DNA from: Anaeromyxobacter sp.
Lineage (GTDB): Bacteria > Myxococcota > Myxococcia > Myxococcales > Anaeromyxobacteraceae
Length of the DNA: 64,000 nucleotides
Direction of reading: 5' to 3'
Assembly: GCA_049840735.1 (NCBI GenBank)
Contig: JASGJN010000017.1
Coordinates: 384,001 to 448,000, forward strand
Below, one piece after another: positions 31,078-47,723 of the stretch. Below the pieces are notes generated by a model that had not been told where the DNA came from, searched no databases, and was given only the letters and a program-made list of their open reading frames with translations. Positions within the stretch are counted from its first letter, which is position 1; every line of letters starts with the position of its first letter. The translations under genes and the position numbers were made by a program.

Positions 31078-32094
31078 GTGGCACGGATCCGGGACGTGGC
31101 AGAGCGCGCGAAGGTGTCGGTGGCCTCCGTGTCACGCGTGCTGGCCGGCCACGACCAGGTGAGCGACGAGGTCCGCCGCCGGGTGATGGAGGCCGTCAGG
31201 GCGCTGGACTACCGGCCGGACATGGCCGCCCGCCGCCTGCGCTCCCGGCGCACCGACACCATCGGCCTGGTCGTCTCGGACATCCGCAACCCGTTCTTCA
31301 CCGACGTGAGCCGGGCGGTCGAGGACCTGGCGTCGGCCCACAAGATGCGGCTCATCCTCTGCAACACCGACGAGGACCCGCGCAAGGAGGCCGCCTGCCT
31401 GGCGCTGATGCGCGAGGAGAACGTGAGCGGGGTGATCCTCTCGCCCACGCTCAAGCTCCTCTCCAGCCTGGACGCCACGGCCTACGGCTATCCGCTGGTG
31501 CTGGTGGATCGCTGCGAGCGCGGCACGGCCGCCGACGCGGTGGTGATCGACAACCAGGCGGCCGCCCACGAGCTCACCGACCACGTGCTGGCCAGCGGCC
31601 GCCGCAAGGTGGCCTGCCTCTACGGCGCCACCAGCGCCACCGGGCGCCAGCGGCTCGAAGGCTACAGCGCGGCCATGAAGGCCAGCGGCCTGCGCCCGCA
31701 GGCGGTGGGCGTGCAGCCGGTCATCGAGGCCGCCCGCGAGGCGGCCCTGGCCCTGCTCCGCGGCCCTGCCCTGCCCGAGGCCATCCTGGCCAGCTCCGGC
31801 CTGGTGCTGCTGGGCGCGGTGGAGGCGCTGCGCGAGACCCGCCGCGCCGTCCCGCAGGACGTCGCCGTCGCCGGGTTCGACGACCTGCCCTGGACGCGCC
31901 TGGTGGAGCCGGGCGTGACCGTGGTGGCCCAGCCCACCTACGAGATGGGCCGGACCGCCACCGAGCTGCTCCTGCAGCGCATCGCCTCGCCGCAGAAGCC
32001 GGTCCGCCGGGTGGTGCTGCGCGGCACGCTGGTGCCGCGCGGCTCGACCGCCGCGGTGGACGGGCCGGCGCGGCCGCGGGCGCGGGCGCGGTAG
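31078..32094 (+). CDS. LacI-family transcriptional regulator
   Basis: IRDVAERAKVSVASVSRV, NPFFTD, VAGFDD, VAQPTYEMG. Confidence 0.92.
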   Translation: MARIRDVAERAKVSVASVSRVLAGHDQVSDEVRRRVMEAVRALDYRPDMAARRLRSRRTDTIGLVVSDIRNPFFTDVSRAVEDLASAHKMRLILCNTDEDPRKEAACLALMREENVSGVILSPTLKLLSSLDATAYGYPLVLVDRCERGTAADAVVIDNQAAAHELTDHVLASGRRKVACLYGATSATGRQRLEGYSAAMKASGLRPQAVGVQPVIEAAREAALALLRGPALPEAILASSGLVLLGAVEALRETRRAVPQDVAVAGFDDLPWTRLVEPGVTVVAQPTYEMGRTATELLLQRIASPQKPVRRVVLRGTLVPRGSTAAVDGPARPRARAR

Positions 32095-32135
32095 ATCGAC
32101 TCCGCGGCCCGGTGTTCAGGGCGCCCGTCCCCTGC

Positions 32136-32351
32136 CCGGGCCGCTACGCCCAGGACGAACGGAGAGGGCCATGCATGCCGCCGCTCCCCGTTCGGGCTGA
32201 GCGTAGCGAGCCCGCAGGGCTCGCGAAGTCGAAGCCCAGCCCCTCCCCGGGCCGCTACGCTCAGGACGAGCGGAGAGGCCATGCATGCCGCCGCTCCCCG
32301 TTCGGGCTGAGCGTAGCGAGCCCGCAGGGCTCGCGGAGTCGAAGCCCAGCC
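32136..32351. repeat. Two tandem ~105-bp REP-containing direct repeats
   Basis: CCGGGCCGCTACGC.CAGGACGA.CGGAGAG...CCGTTCGGGCTGAGCGTAGCGAGCCCGCAGGGCTCGCG.AGTCGAAGCCCAGCC occurs twice; the 3' half matches 23627-23678. Confidence 0.85.
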
Positions 32352-32357
32352 GCTGCC

Positions 32358-32708
32358 CTACCGCGGCATGTCGCCGAGGCCGCCGGCGTTCACCACGTCG
32401 GCATAGCCGGACCGCTGCAGCAACGCCGCCGCCGAGGCGCTGCGCATGCCGGACGCGCAGTACACGACGATGGGCTTGCCCTTCGGCACCTCGGAGAGGC
32501 GCGCCCCGAGCTCCTGCACCGGGATGTTCTTCGCGCCGGGATAGGCCCCGCCGGCAAACTCGCCCGGGGTCCGCACGTCCAGGATCAGCGCACCAGCGGC
32601 CAGCTTCTGCTTCACGATCTCGCTCGACACCTTCAGACCTCCCTTGAGCCGGAACAGGACGAACAGCACCGCCAGGGCACCCAGCCCCAGCCAGACCATC
32701 GAGCTCAT
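32358..32708 (-). CDS. Membrane-anchored rhodanese-domain protein
   Basis: N-terminal TM segment, ILDVRTPGEF, VYCASGMRS. Confidence 0.88.
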   Translation of the reverse strand: MSSMVWLGLGALAVLFVLFRLKGGLKVSSEIVKQKLAAGALILDVRTPGEFAGGAYPGAKNIPVQELGARLSEVPKGKPIVVYCASGMRSASAAALLQRSGYADVVNAGGLGDMPR

Positions 32709-34372
32709 GCACCCTCCACGTCGAAGCCGCCCTCGGCCTGCAGGCTGGTCCAGCCGCCGGTGAGGTTCACCACTTCGGTGAAGCCGTGCGCCTTCAGGAT
32801 CCTCACCGCCAGGTGGGCCCGGAACCCGGACTTGCAGTGGACCACCACGCGGCGCCCGCGCGGCAGCGTCTCCCAGCCGGCGCGCAGCGCGTCGATCGGC
32901 ACGTGCACCGCGCCCCTGAGGTGGCCGCGGTCCCACTCTCCCTGCGTGCGCACGTCCAGCACCAGCGGCGGGCTGCCAGAGGCCAGCTCCTGCTTGAGCG
33001 CCGCGGCGGTGAGGAGCGGGCTCGCGCCGGAGACGTCGTTCTGGGCCACGAAGGCCACCAGGTTGAGCGGGTCGTTGGCCGAGGAGTACGGCGGCGCGTA
33101 GGCCAGGTCCAGCTCGGCCAGGTCCTCCAGGGTGAGCTTCCCCTGCAGCGCCGTGGCCACCACGTCGATCCGCTTCTCCACGCCGGCCCGCCCGAAGGCC
33201 TGCGCGCCCAGCACGCGCGAGGTCTTGCGGTCGTAGACCAGCGCCAGCGACAGCTCCTGCGCGCCGGGGTAGTAGCCGGCGTGGTGGTCCTTGTGGATCA
33301 CCGCCACGCCGGCGTCGAAGCCGGCCTCGCGCGCCGCCCGCTCGGTGAGGCCGGTGGAGGCCGCGGTGGCCTCGAAGATCTTCACCACGCTGGTGCCGAG
33401 CGCGCCGCGGTAGCGCAGCTCGCCGCCCAGCGCGTTGGTGGCGGCGATGCGACCCTGCCGGTTGGCCGGGCCGGCCAGCGGCACGCGCACCCGGCGGCCG
33501 GAGACCTTGTGCTCCACCTCGACCATGTCGCCGGCGGCCAGGATGTCCGGGTCGCTGGTGCGCAGCCGGTCGTCGACCTTGACGGCGCCCGAGGCGCCCA
33601 GCTCCAGCCCCGCGGCGCGGGCCAGGGCCAGCTCCGGCCGGACGCCCACCGAGAAGAGCACCACGTCGGCCGGCACCTGCCGCCCGTCGGCCAGGACCAC
33701 CGTCCGCGCCTGCCCATCGACCGCCTGGACGCCCACGCCGGTGAGCACCTTCACCCCGGCCGCCTCCAGCTCGCGGCGGACCTGCATCGAGAACGGGTGG
33801 TCCATCACCGCCATCACGTCCGGCAAGAGCTCTACCACCGTGGTCTCGAGCCCGCGCTTGCGGAACGCCTCGGCCATCTCCAGGCCGATGAAGCCGCCGC
33901 CCACCACCACCGCGGACCTCGGCTTCCCCTGCTCCAGCGCCTGGTGCAGCCGGTCCATGTCCGGCACCGACCAGAGCGTGAACACGTGCGGCGCGTCGGC
34001 GCCTGGGAGCGGCGGCCGCACCGGCGTCCCGCCCTGCGCCAGGATCAGCTTGTCGTAGGCCAGCCAGCGCTCACCCTGCGGACCGCGGACGCGGACCCGG
34101 TGGCCGGCCCGGTCCAGCTCCAGCGCCTCGGTCTCGACGTGGGCGTCCACCCGGTAGCGGTTCTTGAAGCCCTGGGGCGTCTGGAGCAGCAGCTTGCCGC
34201 GCTCCTGGATGTCGCCGGAGATGAAGTAGGGCAGCCCGCAGTTGGCGTAGGAGACGTACGGCCCGCGCTCCAGCAGCGTGATCTCGGCCGTCTCGTCCAG
34301 CCGGCGCGCCCGCGCCGCGGCCGTCGCCCCGGCCGCCACTCCGCCCACGATGACCAGCTTCCTCGGTGCCAT
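32705..34372 (-). CDS. CoA-disulfide reductase-rhodanese fusion (Npsr/CoADR-RHD type)
   Basis: GGVAAGATAAAR, SYANCGLPY, GGGFIGLEMAE, LAYAPPYS, C-terminal rhodanese HCKSGFR. Confidence 0.9.
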   Translation of the reverse strand: MAPRKLVIVGGVAAGATAAARARRLDETAEITLLERGPYVSYANCGLPYFISGDIQERGKLLLQTPQGFKNRYRVDAHVETEALELDRAGHRVRVRGPQGERWLAYDKLILAQGGTPVRPPLPGADAPHVFTLWSVPDMDRLHQALEQGKPRSAVVVGGGFIGLEMAEAFRKRGLETTVVELLPDVMAVMDHPFSMQVRRELEAAGVKVLTGVGVQAVDGQARTVVLADGRQVPADVVLFSVGVRPELALARAAGLELGASGAVKVDDRLRTSDPDILAAGDMVEVEHKVSGRRVRVPLAGPANRQGRIAATNALGGELRYRGALGTSVVKIFEATAASTGLTERAAREAGFDAGVAVIHKDHHAGYYPGAQELSLALVYDRKTSRVLGAQAFGRAGVEKRIDVVATALQGKLTLEDLAELDLAYAPPYSSANDPLNLVAFVAQNDVSGASPLLTAAALKQELASGSPPLVLDVRTQGEWDRGHLRGAVHVPIDALRAGWETLPRGRRVVVHCKSGFRAHLAVRILKAHGFTEVVNLTGGWTSLQAEGGFDVEGA

Positions 34373-34547
34373 CTCTCGAGCCCCTCCCGCCCCGTTCCTG
34401 GGCGGCTCCTGGGGTACGAGCCTACCCGGGCGGAAAGGGTTCGGCCTGCAGGAAGATCGAGGGATCTTCGTGGCCCACGGGAGTGGGACACCGCCCATGG
34501 ACGGCGCGGACCCCGGCGGATGAGCGCCGGGAACGCGCCTCCGGCGC

Positions 34548-35690
<1,143 letters not shown>

Positions 35691-35700
35691 GGCTTGCCTC

Positions 35701-36534
35701 CTAACCCTTCACTGCTCCGGCCGTGAGGCCCGAGACGATGCGGCGCTGGAAGATGAGGACCAGGACCACCAGCGGCACGGTGACGATCACCGAGGCCGCC
35801 ATGATGCGCCCCCACGGCAGCTCGAACCGCGACGCGCCGCTGATCAGGCCGATGGCGGCGGGAACCGTCCGGTTCTCGTTCGAGAGCGTGAAGGTGATGG
35901 CGAACATGAACTCGTTCCAGGCCGTGATGAAGGCCAGCAGGCCGGTGGTGGCGAGCGCGGGCCACATCAGCGGCATGAACACGCGCAGGATGATGGTGAG
36001 GGGGCCGGCCCCGTCCACCAGCGCCGCCTCTTCCAACTCCTTGGGCAGCTCACGCACGAACGTGGTGAGCACCCAGGTAGTGAAGGGCAGCGTCAAGATG
36101 AGGTAGGAGAGCGCCAGGCTCCACAGGGTGTCGTAGAGGCCAAACTTGAAGACCAGTTCGAACATCCCGGAGAGCACGGCGATCTGCGGGAACATCGAGA
36201 CCGACAGCACGGTCAGAAGCAGGAGCGCGCGGCCGCGAAAGTCGATCCGGCCCAGCGCGTAGGCCGCGGTGACCGAGAGCGCCAGCGAGACCGCCACCAC
36301 GCCGCCGGCGACCATCACCGAGTTGCGGATGTTCTTCCCGAATGGCTGTTCGCGGAACACCGCCGCGTAGTTGCCCCAGGCCGGCCGGCTGGGCAGGAAC
36401 TCCACCTTGTAGAGCTCGCTTCCCTCCTTCAACGAGGAGACCACCGCCCAGTAGAAGGGGAAGACGGTGTAGACGATGATCACCGCCACGAGGGCGTAGA
36501 AGATGGTCCGGCCGATGATTCTGCGCGCGCGCAT
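35701..36534 (-). CDS. Sugar ABC permease (MalG/ThuG-like)
   Basis: [14 protein letters not shown] loop, AWNEF. Confidence 0.9.
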   Translation of the reverse strand: MRARRIIGRTIFYALVAVIIVYTVFPFYWAVVSSLKEGSELYKVEFLPSRPAWGNYAAVFREQPFGKNIRNSVMVAGGVVAVSLALSVTAAYALGRIDFRGRALLLLTVLSVSMFPQIAVLSGMFELVFKFGLYDTLWSLALSYLILTLPFTTWVLTTFVRELPKELEEAALVDGAGPLTIILRVFMPLMWPALATTGLLAFITAWNEFMFAITFTLSNENRTVPAAIGLISGASRFELPWGRIMAASVIVTVPLVVLVLIFQRRIVSGLTAGAVKG

Positions 36535-36537
36535 GGG

Positions 36538-37501
36538 CTAGCGCCCTCCCGAATCGAGCCGGACACGTGCCACGACGATGTACAGGACCGTGAACACGGC
36601 CACGACCGCGAACAGGAACGTCGAGGCCGCCGAGCCGTAGCCGACCCGCCCGTTGCCCGCGAGCTCTTGCTGCGCATAGACCGCCATGGAGGTGGCCCCG
36701 CGGCTCCCGCCCGTGAGGACGTATGGCAGGTCGAAGATCCGCAGCGCATCCAGGGTTCGGAAGATGATGGCCACCATCAGCCCCGGCTTGATGAGCGGCA
36801 GCGTGATCTTCCAGAACACCTTCACCGGGTGGATGCCATCGATGCGCGTGGCCTCGTAGATCTCGGTGGGAACCAGCTGCAGCGCCGCCAGGATCAGCAG
36901 CGTCATGAAGGGCGTGGTCTTCCAGACGTCGACGATGACGATCGACCAGAACACCAGGTCACGAGAAGCGGTCCACGCCATGGGGCCGTCGATGAGTCCC
37001 ACCCTCATCAGCAGGAAGTTCAGGACGCCGTAGATGTCGTTGTACATCCAGTTCCACATCTGGGCAGAGACCACCGTCGGGATGGCCCAGGGGATGAGCA
37101 CGGCGGCCCGGACCAGGCCGCGGCCCGGGATGTGCGCGTTCAGCACCAGCGCGATTCCCAGCCCGAGCACGGTTCTCGATGCTCACCGACACGAGCGCGA
37201 AGCCAACGGTGTTCCGGACCGCGCGCCACCAGCCCGAGTCGTCCCAGAGCTCGCGGAAGTTCTCGAGCCCCGTCCACGCCCACGTATCCGAGGCCCGGGT
37301 GGCATCCGTGAACGCAAAGTAAATGGTGCGGAGCAGCGGCCACCCGGCCACCGTCGCGAGCACCAGCAGCATGGGGATGACGAACAACCAGGCGGCGCGG
37401 CGCCGCTGCCTCGTGAGCTGCGACGCCGCGCCCGGCGCGGGGAACGGGCCCGCGGACGGAGGCGAGGAGACTTCCACTTCCGATCCGCGGGCCTGCTCCA
37501 T
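36538..37501 (-). CDS. Sugar ABC permease (MalF/ThuF-like); +1 frameshift at ~37173
   Basis: Frame 1 ...NTVGFALVSVSIE joins frame 2 VLGLGIALVL...PWAIPTVV...WKTTPF...YEATRIDG. Confidence 0.85.
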
Positions 37502-37511
37502 CACGCGCTCC

Positions 37512-38793
<1,282 letters not shown>

Positions 38794-39198
38794 GGAATCT
38801 CCTGGTGTGGAGTTGCCGCGGTTCGAATCGGCCCGCGGACCAGCCGGCGCGCGGATGCGCACTTCCCCGGAGGCCCCGCTTGTAACACCGCGTGTACCTC
38901 GGACCGGAGTCCCCGGAGGGGACGTTCCACACCAAAGGGCAAACGCCCTTTCCTGCCCGTGCGTGGCTGCGGCGACCTGATGCAGCCCAAAGCAGCGGGT
39001 TTCCTGCGCTGGATCACGTTTGGCTGGCTCGCCCGATGCATCCCGAGCGGCGCGTCGCCAAGCAACCAGGGGTCAACCCCTGGAAATGGAACACCCGGGG
39101 CGATCGAACCCGGCGAGCCATCCGCCAGCATTCACCCCGGGTGCCTTGCTGCTCCTGCCGTCCGGCCTCGGGCGGTGAGCGGTCAGACCCCGCCTGAC

Positions 39199-39225
39199 CG
39201 CTCATCCTGAGCTTGCCGAAGGATC
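39199..39225. repeat. Single degenerate REP-like element
   Basis: CGCTCATCCTGAGCTTGCCGAAGGA resembles the TGAGC...GTCGAAG REP core seen elsewhere in the window. Confidence 0.45.
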
Positions 39226-39248
39226 GCTCACCCTGCCCGCCGAAGCGG

Positions 39249-39591
39249 TCAGCGCGCCAGCGCGACCGGGGAGGCGCCGGCCTGCGGCTGCGGCTGCGCC
39301 GGAGCCTGAGGGCGGGGCTCGATCCGCTCGCCGGCGGCGAGCATGCGAAGCGAGAGCGCCAGCAGAGACGAGATCGAGCTCGCCCGAGCCCGGCACGTCC
39401 AGCTTCCGGTAGATCCGCTTGCGGCGCGCGCGGATGGTCTCCGGCGAGACGTTGGCGGCGGCAGCAGAGTCCTTGCAGGCGAAGCCCTGGGCGAGGCGGA
39501 GGACCTCCGACCGCTCCGCGGGCGTGAGGTTGGTCCCCTCGAGGAACTTGGCCGTGAAGGGCGCGAGGATCTCGACATCGATGTGCGGCAT
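39249..39591 (-). CDS. Small stand-alone LuxR/GerE-type HTH regulator; +1 frameshift at ~39376
   Basis: LTPAERSEVLRLAQG...NVSPETIRARRKRIYRKLDV; corrected frame continues ELISSLLALSLRML to the stop at 39249. Confidence 0.75.
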
Positions 39592-39894
39592 AGGGCTTCT
39601 CTCTCCTGCGGCGCACATGGCGCCGGCTTCGGACGACCGTCCCCACCCAACCGCCTGGCTTCCCCTTCGGTCGCCCGCCTGGTGGTGGCGTCACGTTAGG
39701 CACGGCCCGCCAGGACACAACCCCCCACCTGGCGCTCGAGTGGAGGGCACCCCACAAGACGGCTGGACCCGGGCCTGCCGGTCGATCCTTGACGCTGTCC
39801 AGGAATTCCACGCTGAGGCCGGGTGAGCCGAGCAGACCGGCGGACGGCCGACCGGGACTGCGCGTCAAGACTCCACGTGAGCGCGAACAATGGG

Positions 39895-40686
39895 CTAGCG
39901 CAGCGCCGCCTCGAGCGCTGCCGCGCGGTCGGCCCGGCCGTCCTCCGCCGCGCGCGCCGCGATGAGCGCCCGCAGCAGCGCGTCCACGTCCGCCTGGCTG
40001 GCCAGGTACCAGCGGGCAGCCGAGCGCGCGCTCCGCCCCACCCTCACGCCCACCGCGACGCCCTCGGCGCGGAAGGCGTCCTCGTCCGAGGGATCGTCGC
40101 CCACGTACAGCGCGGTCTCCAGCTCCTCGCGGCGCAGCAGCGCCTCCAGCGCCCGCCCCTTGTCCGGCGCCTCCTCGGGCAGCACCTGGACCACGTCGCG
40201 CCCCAGCAGCACGCGCGCACCGGGCAGCGCCGAGGCCAGCCCGACCAGCCGCCGGCGCAGCGCGTGGGGCGCGCCGGCGCCGCGGTGGTGGAGCGCCAGC
40301 GAGAGCCCCTTGTCCTCCAGCCGCACGCCGGGCAGCGCGGCCAGGACGGCGGCGACCCGCTCCCGCCAGCCCGCCACCTGCGCCCGCAGCCCCGCGTCGA
40401 GCGGGCCGAACCCGGGCTCGCTGCCGTGCCCGCCCACCACCGCCACCAGCGGGATCCCCTCCAGCCGCCGGGCCGCGTCGGCCCGCCGCCGGCCGGAGAG
40501 CACCGCGCACGGCGCCAGCAGGGCCAGCACGCGCAGCAGCCGGCGCGTCTCGGGCCGCAGCCCGGCGGCGGCCGGGTCGGCCACCAGCGGGGCCAGCGTG
40601 CCGTCCAGATCAAAGGCCAAGAGCGCGCGGCGGCGCGCCAGGGCGCGCAGCACCGGCGCGGCCTCGGCGGTGAGGATCGGCTCCAT
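39895..40686 (-). CDS. otsB: Trehalose-6-phosphate phosphatase
   Basis: [39 protein letters not shown]. Confidence 0.9.
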   Translation of the reverse strand: MEPILTAEAAPVLRALARRRALLAFDLDGTLAPLVADPAAAGLRPETRRLLRVLALLAPCAVLSGRRRADAARRLEGIPLVAVVGGHGSEPGFGPLDAGLRAQVAGWRERVAAVLAALPGVRLEDKGLSLALHHRGAGAPHALRRRLVGLASALPGARVLLGRDVVQVLPEEAPDKGRALEALLRREELETALYVGDDPSDEDAFRAEGVAVGVRVGRSARSAARWYLASQADVDALLRALIAARAAEDGRADRAAALEAALR

Positions 40687-40688
40687 GG

Positions 40689-42959
<2,271 letters not shown>

Positions 42960-43058
42960 CCATGCACGCTACGGCACCAGGCAGGCGAGGCGACCGTACG
43001 ATCGGGGCCCTGCCCGACCGGTACTACCCGTGAAGGTGAGGCCACGGGGAGCGCCCGG

Positions 43059-44453
43059 TCACGTGCGCGACGCGGCCGCCGCCTTCGCGTCCTGGTCCGC
43101 GGCGCGGTCCAGCCTGCGCAGGCTCCAGCGCAGCGCGGGCGGCGTCACCAGCGTGGTGACCACCACCACCAGCACCACCGCCGAGTAGGTGGCGGCGTCC
43201 AGCAGCGGCCGCCCGCCGATCCGGAGCGTGAGCCCGATGTTGGCGAAGATGAGCCCCACCTCGCCGCGCGGGATCATGCCCAGCCCGACGGTGAGCCGGT
43301 CCACGCCGCCCCACACCGCGCCGCCGCAGGCCTGCTTGCCGGCGATGGCGGCCGCGATCAGCCCAGCCGCCAGCCCCAGCACCCGCAGGTCCAGGAACGC
43401 GGTCAGGTCGGTGCGCATGCCCATGACCACGAAGAAGACCGGCACCAGGAAGGATGCGATGGGCTTCACCAGCTCCTCCAGCCCATGTTCGCCGCGCCGG
43501 GTGAAGTCGCGGTAGTGGAGCTGCTCCAGGATCAGCCCGGCCGCGAACGCGCCCACGATGGGGGCGAGCCCGATCGCGCCGGAGAGCCAGCTCATGAGGA
43601 AGCAGAAGGCCAGCCCCAGCGCCAGCAGCACGCCGCGGGTCTGCAGCTTCGAGGCCACCCGGAACATGCGCGGCGAGAGCCAGACGCCCAGCACCAGCGC
43701 GCCCACCAGGAAGAGGCTGGCCTTGGCCACCATCCCGCCCACCGCGAGGAGCGAGAGGGCCCTCCCGGCGTCGGCGGCTGCCACCAGCCCGGTCACCACC
43801 GCCAGCACCACCAGCCCCAGCACGTCGTCGATCACCGCCGCGCCCAGGACGATGCGGGCCTCCCGCGTCTGCGCGCGCCCCAGATCCTGCAGGACGCGGG
43901 CGGTGATGCCCACGCTGGTGGCGCTCAGCGCGGCGCCGAGGAAGACGTGCACGTAGACGCTCGCCTCCGGCAGCAGGAGCCGGCCCACCAGCCAGCCCAG
44001 CAGCATGGGGAAGACCACGCCCACCGTGGCGACCGCGAAGGAGGGCGCGCCGACCTTGAGCATGTCGGCGACGGTGGACTCCAGCCCCACCTCGAAGAGC
44101 AGCAGGATCACGCCCAGCCCGGCCAGCGCGCCCACCACCGGATCGCCGGGGATGGCGTGGAAGACGGGGAGGCCGACGTGGTGCGCGTTGCCCAGCAGGA
44201 TGCCGACGACAAGCTCGCCCAGCACGGCGGGCTGGCCGATCCGCGTCACCACCTCCCCGCCCAGCTTGGCCGCCAGCAGGATGACGGCCAGGTCGAGCAG
44301 CACCAGGCCGAGGTCCTCGCCGTGGGGTGCGCCGTCCTGGCCGAGCGCGAGCCCAGGGAGCACCGCGAGGGCCAGGACCAGCAGCGGGAGGCGGCGGAGC
44401 AGCGAGGAGCGGGCGGGCATCGTGCGCGGGAGTCTGGCCTGGTTCGTGTCCAC
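43059..44453 (-). CDS. Cation:proton antiporter (CPA2, KefB/NapA-like)
   Basis: GQPAVLGEL, LLFEVGLES, ATSVGIT, AVIDDVLG, GMIPRGEVGL. Confidence 0.9.
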   Translation of the reverse strand: MDTNQARLPRTMPARSSLLRRLPLLVLALAVLPGLALGQDGAPHGEDLGLVLLDLAVILLAAKLGGEVVTRIGQPAVLGELVVGILLGNAHHVGLPVFHAIPGDPVVGALAGLGVILLLFEVGLESTVADMLKVGAPSFAVATVGVVFPMLLGWLVGRLLLPEASVYVHVFLGAALSATSVGITARVLQDLGRAQTREARIVLGAAVIDDVLGLVVLAVVTGLVAAADAGRALSLLAVGGMVAKASLFLVGALVLGVWLSPRMFRVASKLQTRGVLLALGLAFCFLMSWLSGAIGLAPIVGAFAAGLILEQLHYRDFTRRGEHGLEELVKPIASFLVPVFFVVMGMRTDLTAFLDLRVLGLAAGLIAAAIAGKQACGGAVWGGVDRLTVGLGMIPRGEVGLIFANIGLTLRIGGRPLLDAATYSAVVLVVVVTTLVTPPALRWSLRRLDRAADQDAKAAAASRT

Positions 44454-44474
44454 GATCCACGCCTTCCCGCATGA

Positions 44475-45203
44475 TCAGCCCGCGCGCCTCCCCGCCGCCG
44501 CCTCGTCGGCGAGGACGCGCTGCTCGCCGCTCGCGCGGATCCGCGCCGCAGGGATGAGCGGCGCGCCCGCCGCCGGCGAGAGCAGCTGCGCCAGCGCGGG
44601 GGCCTTCTCCGCTCCGGAGACCACGAACAGCACCGCCCGGGCGGCGTCGAGCACCGGGTAGGTGAGCGTCAGCCGCTGCGCGCCCAGGTGCGGCACGAAG
44701 GGCGCGGCCACCCAGCGCTGCCGCTCCTCCAGCGCCGGGCTTCCGGGGAAGAGCGAGGCGGTGTGACCGTCCGGCCCCAGGCCGAGCAGGACCAGGTCCA
44801 GCGCCGGATCCTCGCCCAGCTCCCGCCGGAGGTGCGCCTCGTAGCGATTGGCGGCCTCCGGCGGCGGGCGCTCCCCCTCCAGCCGGTGCACCGCGCCGGC
44901 CGCCACGTGCCGCAGCAGCGCCTGGTGCGCCATCCGGTAGTTGGAGTCCGGGTGGTCGGGCGGCACGCAGCGCTCGTCGCCGAACCAGACCGTCACCTGG
45001 CCCCAGGGGAGCCGGGTGCGGTAGGGGCCCGCGGGATCGGCCAGGCGCTCGTACAGCGCGCGCGGCGTGGACCCACCGGCCAGCGCCAGCGTGAACCGGC
45101 CGCGCGCGGCCACCGCCTCAGCCATCCGGCGCGCGACCTCCGCGGCCGCCGCCTGGGCCACCGCCGCGGGATCGGAGTGGACCTCGAGCGCGGGCGGCGC
45201 CAC
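44475..45203 (-). CDS. pgl: 6-phosphogluconolactonase
   Basis: LAGGSTP, GDERCVPPDHPDSNY, LGLGPDGHTASLFP. Confidence 0.92.
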   Translation of the reverse strand: MAPPALEVHSDPAAVAQAAAAEVARRMAEAVAARGRFTLALAGGSTPRALYERLADPAGPYRTRLPWGQVTVWFGDERCVPPDHPDSNYRMAHQALLRHVAAGAVHRLEGERPPPEAANRYEAHLRRELGEDPALDLVLLGLGPDGHTASLFPGSPALEERQRWVAAPFVPHLGAQRLTLTYPVLDAARAVLFVVSGAEKAPALAQLLSPAAGAPLIPAARIRASGEQRVLADEAAAGRRAG

Positions 45204-45204
45204 G

Positions 45205-46700
45205 TCAGCCCCCGTCCGCCCAGCGCCGCCCGTCGCGCGACAGCAGCTCGTCGCCGGCGCGAGGCCCGCGGGAGCCGGAGTCGTAGTTGGGGAAGTCGCG
45301 GGCCGGCAGCGTGGCCCACACGTCCAGGATGGGCGTGGCGATCCGCCAGGCCGCCTCGACCATGTCGGCGCGGTGGAAGAGCGTGGCGTCGCCGGTCATG
45401 GCGTCGTGGAGCAGCCGCTCGTAGCCGGTGGACGCCGGGACCGCGCCGAAGTCGGCGTAGCTGAAGTCGAGCCGCACCGGCTGGAGCTGGATGGCGGCGC
45501 CGGGGCGCTTGGCCCACATGCGGACGCAGATGGCCTCCTCCGGCTGGATCAGGATGTCGAGCCGGTTGGGATCCACGTCCCCGATCCCCTCCCCCTGGAA
45601 CAGGAGCAGCGGAGGCCGCCGGAACTGGATCGAGATCTGCGTGTCGCGCCGGTCGAGCCGCTTGCCGGAGCGCAGGTAGAAGGGCACGCCCGCCCAGCGC
45701 CAGTTCTCCACCTGCAGCTTGAGCGCGGCGTAGGTCTCGGTCTGCGAGGTGGGCGAGACCTTCGGCTCCTGCCGGTAGCCCGGCACCCGCTTCCCGTCCA
45801 CGGCGCCCTCCGCGTACTGGCCGCGCACGGTGTTCCGGATCACCTCCTCCGGCGTCATGGGGCGGATGGCGTCCAGCACCTTCACCTTCTCGTTGCGCAC
45901 CGCCTCGGCCGCCAGCGACGAGGGCGGCTCCATGGCCACCAGGGTGAGCAGCTGGAACATGTGGTTCTGGACCATGTCCCGCAGCACGCCGGCCTGCTCG
46001 TAGTAGGCGCCGCGCCCCTCCACGCCCAGCTCCTCGGCCACGGTGATCTGCACGCTGTCCACGTAGCGGCGGTTCCAGATGGGCTCGAAGATCCCGTTGG
46101 CGAAGCGGAAGACCAGCAGGTTCTGGACCGTCTCCTTGCCGAGGTAGTGGTCGATGCGGAAGAGCTGGTCCTCCCGCGCGATGGCGGTCAGCTCGCGGGT
46201 GAGCGCCACCGCGGAGTCCAGGTCGCGGCCGAACGGCTTCTCGATCACCACCCGCCGCCAGCCGGCGGCCTCCTCCAGCAGGCCCGCCGCCCCCAGCCCG
46301 CGCACGATGGTGCCGAACTCGCTGGGCGGCGTGGCCAGGTAGAAGAGCGCGTTGCCCGAGGTGCCGTGGCGCTCGGCGGCGTGCGCCAGCGCGCTCTTCA
46401 CGCCCTCGTAGGTGGCCGGGTCCTCGAAGTCGCCCTGCAGGTAATGGATCTTGTCGAGGTAGTCCTTCCAGACCGCGTCCTCCACCGGCCGGGTGGCGAA
46501 CTCGCGCAGCGCGGCGTCGGCGTGGGCGCGGTAGCCCTGCGTGTCCATGGGCCGGCGCGCCACGCCCACGATGGCCACGTCGCGCGGCAGCAGCTGGTTG
46601 GCGCGCAGGTTGTAGAGCGACGGGAGCAGCTTGCGCTGCGTGAGGTCGCCCATGGCCCCGAAGACCACGAAGGCGCAAGGGCCGGCGGGGCGGGGGCCGC

Positions 46701-46704
<4 letters not shown>
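45205..46704 (-). CDS. zwf: Glucose-6-phosphate 1-dehydrogenase
   Basis: [42 protein letters not shown]. Confidence 0.94.
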
Positions 46705-47688
<984 letters not shown>

Positions 47689-47723
47689 GTGGTCCTCCGG
47701 GCGCTCCGCGCGCCCAATCGTCC

